Below are positions 1 through 11,043 of a stretch of DNA of 64,000 nucleotides, in pieces (within the stretch, counting starts at the first letter, position 1; each line of letters begins with the position of its first letter). A model generated the notes under the pieces. It ran no database searches. It had not been told where the DNA came from and saw nothing but the letters and a program-made list of their open reading frames with translations. Location of the stretch: positions 94,766,156-94,830,155 of the forward strand of contig NC_068983.1 of assembly GCF_001194135.2 (NCBI RefSeq). Direction: 5' to 3'. This DNA comes from Octopus bimaculoides. Its lineage: Eukaryota. The position numbers and the translations under genes are program-made.

Positions 1-245
1 CTGTCAGAAGTGAAAGTGCTCACTGCCTGCTAGTAAAGTATCTGTCTGTCTGCCTGCATGCCTGTTGCTGGCCTGTCGATTCTTTGGCTACTGACAGCTA
101 ATACCATGACTGGCCGGAGCGAGCTATATGTCTGTCTGTCTCTCTCTTTCTATCTATCTATCTATTACTCGAAAGTCCGCGCTAGCTAGTCGTGAGTAGA
201 AAACACAAATTTAATATAAAAACATATTTCCTGAAATTGCAAATT

Positions 246-721
246 NNNNNNNNNNNNNNNNNNNNNNNNNNNNNNNNNNNNNNNNNNNNNNNNNNNNNNN
301 NNNNNNNNNNNNNNNNNNNNNNNNNNNNNNNNNNNNNNNNNNNNNNNNNNNNNNNNNNNNNNNNNNNNNNNNNNNNNNNNNNNNNNNNNNNNNNNNNNNN
401 NNNNNNNNNNNNNNNNNNNNNNNNNNNNNNNNNNNNNNNNNNNNNNNNNNNNNNNNNNNNNNNNNNNNNNNNNNNNNNNNNNNNNNNNNNNNNNNNNNNN
501 NNNNNNNNNNNNNNNNNNNNNNNNNNNNNNNNNNNNNNNNNNNNNNNNNNNNNNNNNNNNNNNNNNNNNNNNNNNNNNNNNNNNNNNNNNNNNNNNNNNN
601 NNNNNNNNNNNNNNNNNNNNNNNNNNNNNNNNNNNNNNNNNNNNNNNNNNNNNNNNNNNNNNNNNNNNNNNNNNNNNNNNNNNNNNNNNNNNNNNNNNNN
701 NNNNNNNNNNNNNNNNNNNNN
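246..721. other. Assembly gap. Other N-runs: 2167-2176, 9918-9960, 18831-19135, 22811-23607, 38585-38594, 43979-44171, 49155-49165, 60444-60647
   Basis: Runs of n in the sequence. Confidence 1.
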
Positions 722-757
722 TGCTAGAAATAACAGCCAAATCTCACAAAACTAGTG

Positions 758-795
758 TTGGGTTAGGGTTAGGGTTTGAGTTAGGGTTAGGTTTA
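758..795 (+). repeat. Short interstitial (TTAGGG)n-like tract
   Basis: gttgggttagggttagggtttgagttagggttaggttt. Confidence 0.7.
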
Positions 796-1618
796 CCCTG
801 TGGATCTATATAAAGACCGGGGGTGGGGGATCGAAATTTTGAAATTGAGATTTTTGAAAAAAAATTTTCAGAATCGGAATCTCCATAGCCTAAAACGTGG
901 GATTCCGTAAAAAAAAAAAAAGTAGGGAAAGGTTCAGATTACATATAGTCCATCTGGACCAAAATATTTTTTGTCATTAAGCTGGTGTTTGCGATATAAT
1001 ATTTTGACGGACTGTTTTAATTTAAATCACTTTAAAAACAGTTTTTGCCATAAAAGCGGTTTCAAGCAGGTTGGTATCAAATGAGATAATAGTAAAAATA
1101 ACATTTCGAGGGAACTAATGATGGCAAAAATTCTGTACCGTGAAGTCCTTGAGTTTGAGTATGTTTCTTTGCTTTGGAAGAGGATTGGTGGAATCTTTTG
1201 GAATTGACACTTCCGAGAGAGAAAAGGATTTGGACAAATTTTTATTCACTCCATTTGAAAATGCTTATTTCTTATAAGGGGTATTAACTCTGTCTGGAAT
1301 GCCTGAAAGTTTATGTCACACTCCTTTCTTTAAAATTTATCAAAAAATTAACCGTTTGAACACCGTGTTTCCCCTTCACCCCATTATTAATGTCAGAATT
1401 CTTTTTTAATTAACCTGAGACATATATATAGAATATTAATGCTTTGATAAACTCTGGTAGCTTAAGGAGTTGTGATTCAAGACCCTAAATAAATATTGCA
1501 GATATATTGAAACTAAAGTTGCATTAAAAGATAATAGAGGACAGGACCTACATGAGTTGTCTCCATCTGTCATTAGAGGCAAATACATGTGGGTTGATAA
1601 TGAAGTGATACTTTTTAA

Positions 1619-2579
1619 CCCTTTCGTTACTAACCCGGCCGAGTGTACCCATTGTTATTTAAATGTATATTTGAACCCAAATCTCGTTAATACGGTCGTT
1701 AAAACACCTGATTTCACTTTGCAAACAGTTGAGTTATTGTCTCCCACATTGTTTGGCGTGATATTTGAACTCAGTGAATTTTGGAAGATTTTTTTCCACA
1801 TATTTTGCGGCGTTAATTTTTGTCAACTTTGAAGATGGAGAGGAGTTTCATGCTATCAAGCAGTGATTCCGAATTTGAAGGTTTTTCAACAGAAGATATG
1901 GAGATATCGAAGAAAAGAATGAATGAGCTACAAAAGCACGTAGTGAACGATAAAAAATTGGATATTTCTGTATCCGAAACTGAAAACAGCGATTCTGAAA
2001 GCAGCGACGGCGACAGCGAGGATGAATTTACACCAGAAAAAGATTTTTTTAATATTTTTATTAACAATTTTTCTGAGGAAACAGGGTCTACCCATAGTCT
2101 TTCTCAGGAAGCGAAACCTTTTAGACTTCTTTTTCATGCTTGTTTGAAATGATTACTGCGGAAACANNNNNNNNNNAAAAAAGATAGCTTGTGGTTTCCT
2201 GCAACTGTAGATGAAATACGGGCATTTTTTGCCATAAATATTATTATGGGTATTAGACAGTTACCCAGAATAACAAATTACTGGAGCGATCAGGAACCTT
2301 TTGGCGATGAATATACCAGTATTATGAACGAGTACGATTCGTGAAGCTGAACCAATATTTACATGTGAGAGACACTAGCAGTACCCCAGAGACAAAGATT
2401 ATGCAATAGAATTGATTAAGAACCCTTTCTTTAATTATGTTCCAAATATCACATTAATATGTTGATAAATAAAAAAGTTACAGGTGTTTAATGAGACTAG
2501 CCTAAATTCATGATTATTTTAGAATTTAATTGAAACTCATGAGGGGTGTATTTTGGTCAGAAATATAGTAACGAAAGGG
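1619..2579 (+). mobile_element. Internally deleted piggyBac DNA transposon
   Basis: TTAA on both sides (1615-1618, 2580-2583) and a perfect 14-bp TIR CCCTTTCGTTACTA/TAGTAACGAAAGGG. Contains an acidic N-terminal ORF (1820-2152) and WFPATVDEIRAFFAINIIMGIRQLPRITNYWS, a PGBD-type segment. Confidence 0.9.
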
Positions 2580-2704
2580 TTAAAGTGGCATAAGTGAAAC
2601 CACATAAGCTGAAAATTGAAAGTAGTTAAAGGGTTGGTTTGATGAGACTTTAATGTTGTGCTCTACCAACTATTCTCTTTATGAAAATCAAATATATATT
2701 TCAG

Positions 2705-2783
2705 GAAAAAGAAATAATTATTCCAGATTCTTCAAAGGAATGGGTACCAAAATTACCTCCAGAATTTATAAGAAACGTTTGGG
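2705..2783 (+). CDS. PRKRIP1: PRKRIP1 internal coding exon (first one visible): EKEIIIPDSSKEWVPKLPPEFIRNVW-G
   Basis: ttcag acceptor and G|gtgag donor (phase 0 in, phase 1 out). The translation matches the conserved PRKRIP1/DUF1168 motif IP...W.P..PPEF.R.V.G. Confidence 0.88.
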
Positions 2784-3868
2784 GTGAGTTATATATTTGT
2801 TCATTTTTAATAAAGATAATGAAAGCTATAATATTTTCATTTCATTAAACTAATTTGGTACAAGGGTTCTTTGATTAAATTGCTTTCTTACTGACCACAC
2901 AGCTATAGCTTCAAATCTTACAATGTGTGGTCCCTATATCTGACAGATGACCGTATATTCCATTCCAGTTTCACAGTCCAGGCAAGAAAGTATTTACTGC
3001 TAAAATGCAAATACCTAAATTTGTTGAGAGGATAAAATCCTATTTTAATTGTGCTAAAGAAAAATGTAAAAAACTTTACAGTCCACAAATATAACTTATG
3101 TCAACAAGGCTACTACATATTTAATTATTGTACAAGTTATCAATGTTGTCAGTTTGTTAACAGTATTGATTCTCTGTCTTCTCTCATCTGTGCTATTTAC
3201 TGAGATTTTGAAGATCCTACTAATTCACTTCTTAGTCTTTGCTGTAATTATCATCACATATTAATGCAATCACTCTCATTCAAATTGTTGAACCTGATTG
3301 ACCTTTATGTGATTGTCTCAAGGACTAGAAAGGAAAGACAATAAGGATAGATTGTCCATAAAAGCCACCTATATACTGCAAAGTTTCTGATGAGGGATAC
3401 TTTATAGATTCAGCCTCCTACAAACAGTAGCTAATTTTCCTTCAAATTTTGTATCTTCCCATCTTTAAAAAAAAAAAGTGTCTTTGGATCATGTAGATAT
3501 ATTGTATGAAAATAAGACAATGGTCATTTTTGTGACCATAGATCTGCTTAATCAAGCTAAACAACTACTAAACTCTCACCAGTTTCGCTGCTATATATGA
3601 TGTATGATAACTTTCATCCTTTCTATGGTTTTCTCATTGCAAGCCAGGCTACAAAGTTTGAGACCACAATAATGGCATTCTCTAAGTTAAATTCAAAGTA
3701 GTGTCATTTGTTTTTAGTTAAGACTGTGTCTTAGTTTTCTCACTGAGATTTAGATGAAAATTGCATTCCGGCCAACCCAATTTTTCTTGAACTAACTTAG
3801 GATATTTTCTACCATATTCTTTTGAAATACATTTGGTGCAATCCAATCCTAATGTGACATGATGTGTA

Positions 3869-4705
3869 CCGGGTGCGATAGGTAAATTGTTGCCATTTTA
3901 TATTTTTTTATTTTACACATCTGCATTGTTTGTTTTTGATTTTGTCAACTACACAATATAGTAGGGTCAGCTGGGCACCATCTGTGAGAAAGACAGCACC
4001 ATGACACAATTCACTCTGCCAGAAATTTGGAAACAACATGCACCGGAAGCTCCAAACAAGCATTTCAGAGTGTTTGGGTGTCAATTTGAGGACAGTGCAA
4101 TCTAAAGACATGTACTGAGAGTGATAAAAATCAAACATCCAGTCAACATCATGGTGTTTGGAGTGATTACTAGTGATGGTGATGTTATGCCTCCATTCAT
4201 CTTCCGACATGGCCTCAGACTCAACACAGGAGAAGGTAGCGCTGCCCTAGGTCAAGAGGTTGGCTACTGGAAGGCCCTATGTCTGGCAACAGGACTGCAC
4301 TATGCCACACAAGCAGGAGAACCCAGTCATGGCTGTCAGACAATTTCTGTGACCACATCACTCCTAACATCTGGCCACTTAACTCCCCAGACTACAACCC
4401 TCTTGATTATTATGTGTGGGGTGCACTTCAGTGAGAGACCAGCAAAACTCCTTGTAACATCAAAGATGAACTGAAGGCAAGGATTATGGTAGCCTTCACC
4501 AACTTAAAGGAGACTGTCCAGAAGAGCTGCAGAAGATTCTGAAGTCGTCTGGAAGCCATGGTTGAAGCCAATGGTGATTTTATTGAATAAATTTACTCTA
4601 GTATTTCAAGATATTTTAATGTAATTTTGGTTGATCCAAACAAGTTGTCAGTGTTATTTTCATTTTTGCATAATTTAGACAACAGTATAGATACACTGCA
4701 CCCTG
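3869..4705 (+). mobile_element. Deleted Tc1/mariner-superfamily element (maT/DD37D-like)
   Basis: TA-flanked short TIRs (c.gggtgc / gcaccctg). Frameshifted transposase pieces KHPVNIMVFGVITSDGDVMPPFIF, WQQD and ITPNIWPLNSPDYNPLDYYVWGA. Confidence 0.8.
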
Positions 4706-4815
4706 TATATGTGTGTGTGATTTAGTTCAACTTCAATTTTTATTTCCTCAGTTACACATGTTTCTTGCCCAAGGACTCTGTATAAATGTTTGTGTATACT
4801 TTCGTAAATACTTAG

Positions 4816-4916
4816 GTTCAAGTGCAGGTGCAGGCAGTGGTGATTTCCATGTATATCGTGGGGTACGTCGACGTGAGTATGCTCGTCAGAAGTTCATAGG
4901 TGAAAAAGCTGAAAAA
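4816..4916 (+). CDS. PRKRIP1: PRKRIP1 exon: (G)[33 protein letters not shown]
   Basis: cttag acceptor and gtgag donor; the phase joins the previous exon. GSSAGAGSG(E/D)FHVYR..RRREY.RQ is the family signature. Confidence 0.95.
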
Positions 4917-5099
4917 GTGAGTTTCTTTCCTCTTTCTTTTTATTTTTGTTGTATTTGTTGATAATTGAAACCTTTGTTGTAAACATTTTAAGAATTTTAG
5001 TCAATGTCTCACAAGAGTTGTGCTATATCATCAAAAATAATGTCATTCATTAACGCTGATCTTTAATTTTTTTGTGGTTGTAGTCGAGAGGAAAGGGCA

Positions 5100-5400
5100 T
5101 TCACAGCCCTCTGAGATTTGTAAGATCAAAGATAGCAGCTATGGCAAAGCCAGAGATAAATGATAATACATCTATGGGCAAGTGGTTGGTGTTTGTTGAT
5201 ACATGAATCCTTGCCAATTAGCTGGATGGTTTTCTTAATGTTGTTAAGCATGTTTTTGTGTTTAGCAACATGCCAGATGTGACAGCAGTATTCCAGTCTA
5301 GATTTTACTAAAATTTTGCAGAGCATCACCAGTTGTTCAGAGCTGAAGTATCTTCTGTTTCTGAAAAGCAAGACTAGTCATTTGGGTGTTGTGTTTTTTT
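5100..5400 (-). mobile_element. Degenerate LINE RT C-terminal fragment (CR1/Jockey-like)
   Basis: Translation RRYFSSEQL..L.K..V.SRLEYCCHIW...QPLAHR resembles the LINE post-RT thumb region. Confidence 0.55.
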
Positions 5401-5935
5401 TTTATATCATAAATGTGGGCATAGAATTTGTAGCAAATTTGAGCATTTTAATTGCATGTTACTCATGATTAGAGGGTTTGAATACAAGATTGTTTCATTG
5501 ATATGTGCAGTGACTGTGTCTTTGTACTATTAAAGAAAATGAGATCATGTCCCATTGAAGACTGTTCTTGAGATTTCTGCTCATAGAGAAATTACAGAAT
5601 GAATGTGTGATGGTTGTGAGGTCGGTTAAGTAGCAAAGGCTAGTATAATGTGCATAGTAATTAGTCTTGTTAGAGGGGTCAACAACTAAGTTGTTAATGT
5701 AAAAGTGTATGGTAGATGAAATGCGCCTGGGAGCACATTAAAGTTGATAGGATGTGGGTCAGACAGACCTCCATATTCACATGCTCAATGGTGTGATCTG
5801 ATTGTTTCTGGATCTTTCATAAACTAACAAAGAAATATTGATATTAATTAATCTGAGAAATATTGACAGATAACGAGGAGTATCTTTTTGTAAAAGTGTA
5901 TTTGGGCCATTTGATGACATTATGTTTTTATACAG

Positions 5936-6021
5936 GATAGCCTGGATGACATTTATCACAAGAAGGTCCTGGAGAATCAGAAAGCTGCTGAAGAACGTAC
6001 TAGTAAGAAAAGAGCTAAAAG
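5936..6021 (+). CDS. PRKRIP1: PRKRIP1 exon: DSLDDIYHKKVLENQKAAEERTSKKRAK-R
   Basis: tacag acceptor and AG|gtaaat donor. It matches the LD..F......N..AAEE.TAK.R.KR coiled-coil segment. Confidence 0.9.
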
Positions 6022-6265
6022 GTAAATTATTTGTGTGTGTGCATATGTATGTATGTGTATATATTTATATATATATATATATATTTTCCAGTAAATTTTG
6101 TAATCGTTACCAATATAGCATAAGACTTCACCCCAAAGGATCATTGATTAAATTCCTTAAGGATCGTTCTCATTGTTTATATTTCCAAGGTTTCAAATTT
6201 GTATATTTAAAAAGGATAGAGATTTTCAACACGATCGATTTTTATTCCATTTATTTAATTATTTG

Positions 6266-6351
6266 CCATTCGATGTCAACATTTCTGTGTTCAACTCTAT
6301 CCAACGACTGATCCGTTGGATGTCTGACGTTTGGCACTTCCTCAGGAATGG
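6266..6351 (-). ncRNA. Inverted copy of the same hammerhead ribozyme
   Basis: Reverse complement of 8552-8637, with one stem II substitution (GCAC to ACAC). Confidence 0.65.
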
Positions 6352-6482
6352 CTTCCGTTAGAACAAATGACCAAAAAACCCAATTATCGATCAGAACAGA
6401 TTATTAAAAATTATTTAACTGTACCGTTCTTTCCGCCATGCTGTCTTGATGATATTTTGATTATGATATACAGGGGAGGTAA

Positions 6483-6522
6483 CACCTAAATCTTTTCTAT
6501 TATCATTATTATCATCATCATC

Positions 6523-6573
<51 letters not shown>

Positions 6574-7049
6574 GAGGTACTATTAATAATAGGGGTAAGG
6601 TCTGTAAGAGTAAGAACATAATCACAGTAAATGAGGTAAACCCTAGGAGATTAAAATTTGAAGGACCCAACGCGAAAGTCAAAAATATAGTATATCAATG
6701 TAAGGTAAAGACCGAAACAGGCACCACGAAATACATTGGCTGCACATCAGGACAGGTATGTAGGAGAATATCTAATCAGTTCACAACGTTTAGAGATAGA
6801 AGGAAAATAGCAAGCACTAGTCTTAGCAAATATATCTGGGAACTCAAAGAAAATAATAAGCTGTATTCATTAGAATGGTCCATAGTAGCAAGATCAATGC
6901 CATACGAGAGAGAAAGAAAGTACTGTTCGCTCTGTACGACAGAACTCTACCTTATACTCTTCTCTAAGGGTAAATTGATTAACAAATTAACGAATAATGC
7001 TCTGAAATGTACACACATCTTAAGGAGCACTTTTCGTTGGTTTAAATGA
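6483..7049 (+). pseudogene. Uninterrupted PLE GIY-YIG endonuclease reading frame with no ATG
   Basis: Open from the stop at 6480-6482 to TGA at 7047-7049. The N-terminus is a (CAT)n(AAT)n microsatellite encoding poly-H/poly-N. It is absent from the supplied ORF track because it has no ATG. Confidence 0.75.
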
Positions 7050-7204
7050 ATTTGGGATATGAGAGGGTGTCACAGAGAATCTCGTCATAGCAGTTAGCAC
7101 ATAGACAGATCACACCAAATATGTAAGAATAGGAGCAACGGCCCTATAAAATCGGGCTTAAATGATACGTATAGAGTCCAATGATAGCATTAGCATAAGG
7201 GTTG

Positions 7205-7234
7205 CGATAGGATATGTGTATATGTATGTACATG

Positions 7235-7277
<43 letters not shown>

Positions 7278-7460
7278 ATGTATATGTATGTGTATATATA
7301 TATGTGTGTGTGTGTGTGTATATGTATGTGTATATATATATGTGTGTGTGTGTGTATGTATATGTATGTGTATATATATGTATATGTGTGTGTGTATGTA
7401 TATGTACGTGTATATATATGTATATGTGTGTGTGGGTGTATGTATATGTATGTGACTGAT
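7205..7460. repeat. Compound (TA)n/(TG)n microsatellite. Other long SSRs: (AAT)n 6523-6571, (CAT)n 18576-18612 and 35591-35632, (CT)n 55226-55278, (AT)n 62537-62578
   Basis: Direct inspection. Confidence 0.95.
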
Positions 7461-8551
7461 GCATAAAATACTAGTGGAAGTTTGGAGATGCACTTGAACC
7501 TTAGTGGAATTAGAAAATTAAGTTAGATTACAATGGATACATGACTATAACGAGAAAGGCACCGTAGCTCTAATTTAAGGAAGGGATTACTATAGTTAAT
7601 GGGTCAGTTAAAAATATCTCACTCGAACCCCAAATTATCCATTAATAGGAGTTAACCTGTAATAGTGCAGACCAACCCTAGGTTGCGGCACTATAGTATG
7701 TGCAGCCTATAAGTGTAGATTGTATAAGTTTCAATATAGGATTATTATTAATAATAATAAGAAGAACAACAACAACAACAACAATAACAATAATAATAGT
7801 AGAAGAGTTTGTGAGCGCACACAATAGTAAGGTGGAAGCAGACCATATAGAAAGAATTGTAATAAAGATGTAAGCGGCGGCTGGGAATTTGCTACCCAGA
7901 CCTAGGAACAACTCAGTATAGATTGGATATAAAGAAGAGAAGTGGAACGGGTAATACAGTACAGTACAATACAGCCAATTGTTAGATCTCTAAACAGAAT
8001 ATAAGTGCATGACTCAACCATGATAAGGGTAGATATTAAATTAAAATAGGAACTGGGAATAAGATAACAAACTGGGGATTTTAGTAAGAAGAGATGAGGT
8101 TCAAATCTTAGTATAAGACCCATAGAATATAATGGTAATAGCAAATAATGATAATATATTGAAATATTATTCAATATATCAGTGATGGAGCTTGAAAAGA
8201 TTCCTAGGAGCAATGATTTCTGGATAAAATTCTCTTAGCCCAATAATGAGACACAGTATTAATGTAAAATAAAATAATAGCAATGATAGCCTCCCAGGGG
8301 CAACTAAAATAATCTACCTATCGGGGATAGTCAATAGTCATTAATAAATAAATTAATAAATAAAATAAATTAATCTAGTAGACATTCACAGGAGTGCGGT
8401 AACAATAGAAAAGATTTAGGAGTTACCTCCCCTGTATATCAATCAAAATATAATCAAGACAGCATGGCGGAAAGAACGGTACAGTTAAATAATTTTTAAT
8501 AATCTGTTCTGATCGATAATTGGGTTTTTTGGTCATTTGTTCTAATGGAAG

Positions 8552-8637
8552 CCATTCCTGAGGAAGTGCCAAACGTCAGACATCCAACGGATCAGTCGTT
8601 GGATAGAGTTGAGCACAGAAATGTTGACATCGAATGG
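8552..8637 (+). ncRNA. Type I hammerhead ribozyme in the Penelope 3' pLTR
   Basis: Stem I CCAUUC/GAAUGG; core CUGAGGA; stem II GUGC/GCAC with an inserted hairpin UCCAACG/CGUUGGA; GAA; stem III AUGU-ug-ACAU; cleavage triplet AUC (C8631). There is an extra A on each side of stem II. Confidence 0.75.
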
Positions 8638-8899
8638 TAAATAATTAAATAAATGGAATAAAAATCGATCGTGTTGAAAATCTCTATCCTTTTTATATAT
8701 ATATATATATGCGCGCGCACACAGCAAGTGCATATGTAATTGCACAGTCTTTGAAATACTTTGTAGCGGGAATGTTCAGCAGTCACATCACTACACCTGA
8801 TGTCATGATTCAGTAGAATATTACCCACATGATTAGCAAAATCTGACCAATCACGACTTTGTGTGGAATAGGCTCCAGTGATGGTTTCATCTTTTAGAA

Positions 8900-9151
8900 C
8901 AGGGGTTTTCAAACTGGTGGACAGCAAATACTTTTTATGGGCAATTTGATTTTATATATGTTTTTTAATCGAAATCTTTTAATTGACAATAAACCTATTT
9001 GTTAAATACTGTTAAATAAATAAATGTAAAAATATATGTTATTTTAAGCAAATATTTATGTATAAATTTCATAAACGTTTATAAGGGGGATCCCTAAGGT
9101 AAAGCTTGAAATATAAAGGGGTCCGCATGTCAAAAAGTTTGAAAACCCCTG
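8900..9151. mobile_element. hAT (Charlie-like) MITE
   Basis: 16-bp TIR CAGGGGTTTTCAAACT/AGTTTGAAAACCCCTG and an exact 8-bp TSD TTTTAGAA (8892-8899, 9152-9159). Confidence 0.92.
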
Positions 9152-9667
9152 TTTTAGAACAATTCCTTTTGAGCCTATCCATGTATAGCACATCCATCTC
9201 AAATATTTCTTATAAATTCTTCTTGTTCTCGTTTTCTTTGTGTATCTCTACACAAGATCTATAGACTGTAAAGAACATTAAACCTACATAAGTTAAGTGT
9301 GCTTTTGGCAGGGATACAGTGCTACTCTTTTGACAAGATATGAACCATTTGTAAATTGATACCTTCATGTCCCACTTAGAACTTTGTATTAAAGATTTAT
9401 TTATGATAGCAATACTGAACTACTTCCTGTACTTGTTGTTTCACATAAAGACATTAATGTATTATTTGTCATCTCAGATATATTGATATTTGTATTTAAG
9501 TCTCTAGCCTTTTCTCCATCTTCAGATTTAATTTAATAACAATACTAATACTTGCAGGGAAAAAGCATGATAGCCATCATTTCTCATGGTCCCATTCCTC
9601 AAACAAAATCTCAGATTTTATATCATGCTTTGGAGTTTGAGCTTTTTTTCCATTTCTTTTCTATCAG

Positions 9668-9723
9668 ACAAAAGAAGAAAATGAAGAGGCTGGCTAAAAA
9701 GAAAAAGATGCAGGAAAATAAAT
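9668..9723 (+). CDS. PRKRIP1: PRKRIP1 exon: (R)QKKKMKRLAKKKKMQENK
   Basis: atcag acceptor and T|gtgag donor (phase 2 in, phase 1 out). The Lys-rich sequence continues KRQK.K.K as expected for the family. Confidence 0.8.
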
Positions 9724-9789
9724 GTGAGCTTTTTACCCTATTGTTTACACTTTTTTCATACCATACATCTCTTTTAGTACTATTGCTGA

Positions 9790-10095
9790 ATCAATCCTAC
9801 CAACCACTCCATCAATCCTACCAACCACTCCATCAATCCTACCAACCACTCCATCAATCCTACCAACCACTCCATCAATCCTACCAACCCACTCCATCAA
9901 TCCTACCAACCCACTCCNNNNNNNNNNNNNNNNNNNNNNNNNNNNNNNNNNNNNNNNNNNATCAATCCTACCAACCACTCCATCAATCCTACCAACCACT
10001 CCATCAATCCTACCAACCACTCCATCAATCCTACCAACCCACTCCATCAATCCTACCAACCACTCCATCAATCCTACCAAACACTCCATCAATCC
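9790..10095. repeat. 21-bp minisatellite (CCATCAATCCTACCAACCACT)n spanning an assembly gap
   Basis: Direct head-to-tail units with occasional 1-nt indels and no spacers. Confidence 0.92.
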
Positions 10096-10375
10096 TACAG
10101 CTGTTATTGAGCAGACATACGATCAAAGTCATGATGATCCTGTTTTTTTTTTTATATATATATTTAGCTCGAGTGGGTCCAGTAGTACACATGTATTCCT
10201 TCATTTTGAAGATAGTGGGGGGTGGATTCAGAAGAAATTTAGCTGCTCTTAGCAAATAGAGTGACCACATAGAGGATTCCTATTTGACTTGTCCATATTA
10301 GGTAGGTTTTCCTCAATTTGAGTTCAATTATGTTACAGATAGTGTCCTTCTGCCATTTACTTTAAGTTTCTTATT

Positions 10376-10590
10376 TCTTTATTGCCCACAAGGGGCTAGA
10401 CACAGAGGAGACAAACGGATTAAGTCGATTATATCGATCCCAGTATGTAACTGGTACTTATTTAATCGACCCCAAAAGGATGAAAGCAAAGTCGACCTTG
10501 GCGGAATTTGAACTCAGAATGTCATGGCAGACGAAATACCACTTAGCATTTCGCTCTGCGTGCAAACAGTTCTGCCAGCTCACTGCTCCT
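10376..10590 (-). mobile_element. tRNA-derived SINE (family B); related copies at ~24020-24545 and 35378-35632 (+)
   Basis: Shared segment ctgagttcaaattccgccgaggtcgactttgcctttcatccttt...taagtaccag, a B-box-like gagttcaaattcc, and a simple-repeat tail. Confidence 0.7.
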
Positions 10591-11043
10591 CATTTACTTT
10601 GAGTTTCTGTTTTACAAACTTATTTTGTCTGAAACCAATTATGGTTTCCTGTACGGACACCTCACAGTGTCAATAAAGTAGAGTACCAGTCATCATTAAA
10701 CCTCTTTTGTTTAGCTGTTTCATGACATTGACAAGCTACACCGGTGAAATACATATCTGTCACTCTCTTGGCCACTTAGCTATGAAGTGCATTGTGGTTT
10801 TTAGCACAATAGGTTTATAAAGGGATTTTTCCTGGATGGAAAACCACAGCTTATGGCTTTTCAATAGCACATGTATGTTAGGTGTGTTATGTAGAATAAA
10901 ATTTTACTCTAAAGCTGCTTCTATTGCATAATTTGAAGATATGTATCAACCTATATGTATATATGCATACACATTTTACATGTATATATATAGAGATAGA
11001 GAGAGAGAGAGATGAGTATAGATATGTTTAGGTATGTATATAT

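Larger units (their letters stand above)
6209..8694 (+). mobile_element. 5'-truncated Penelope-like element with ~300-bp inverted pLTRs and a GIY-YIG endonuclease frame
   Basis: About 6209-6510 is the reverse complement of about 8404-8694. The internal frame reads KNIVYQCKV...KYIGCT...STSLSKYIWELK...W.IV...PY....CSLC..E, typical of the PLE GIY-YIG domain. (TA)n lies on both flanks. Confidence 0.88.

Noticed and set aside
186-755. ORFs dominated by X (also at 18668-19315, 21921-23692, 43800-44309 and 60189-60861)
   Set aside because: They are open only because they cross N-gaps. Real coding content in some of them belongs to transposons already listed.
758-795. True telomere or chromosome end
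   Set aside because: There are only a few imperfect units, with ordinary genic sequence continuing on both sides.
7144-7493. Several 60-110 aa ORFs rich in Y/I/H/T or V/C/M
   Set aside because: They are translations of the (TA)/(TG) microsatellite.
9790-10095. Regular short repeats resembling a CRISPR array
   Set aside because: The units are head-to-tail with no unique spacers, there are no cas genes, and the context is a eukaryotic intron. It is a minisatellite.
9552-10259. 235-aa ORF (QSYQPLH repeats)
   Set aside because: It is a read-through of a real 56-nt exon into intronic minisatellite and N-gap sequence, not a protein.
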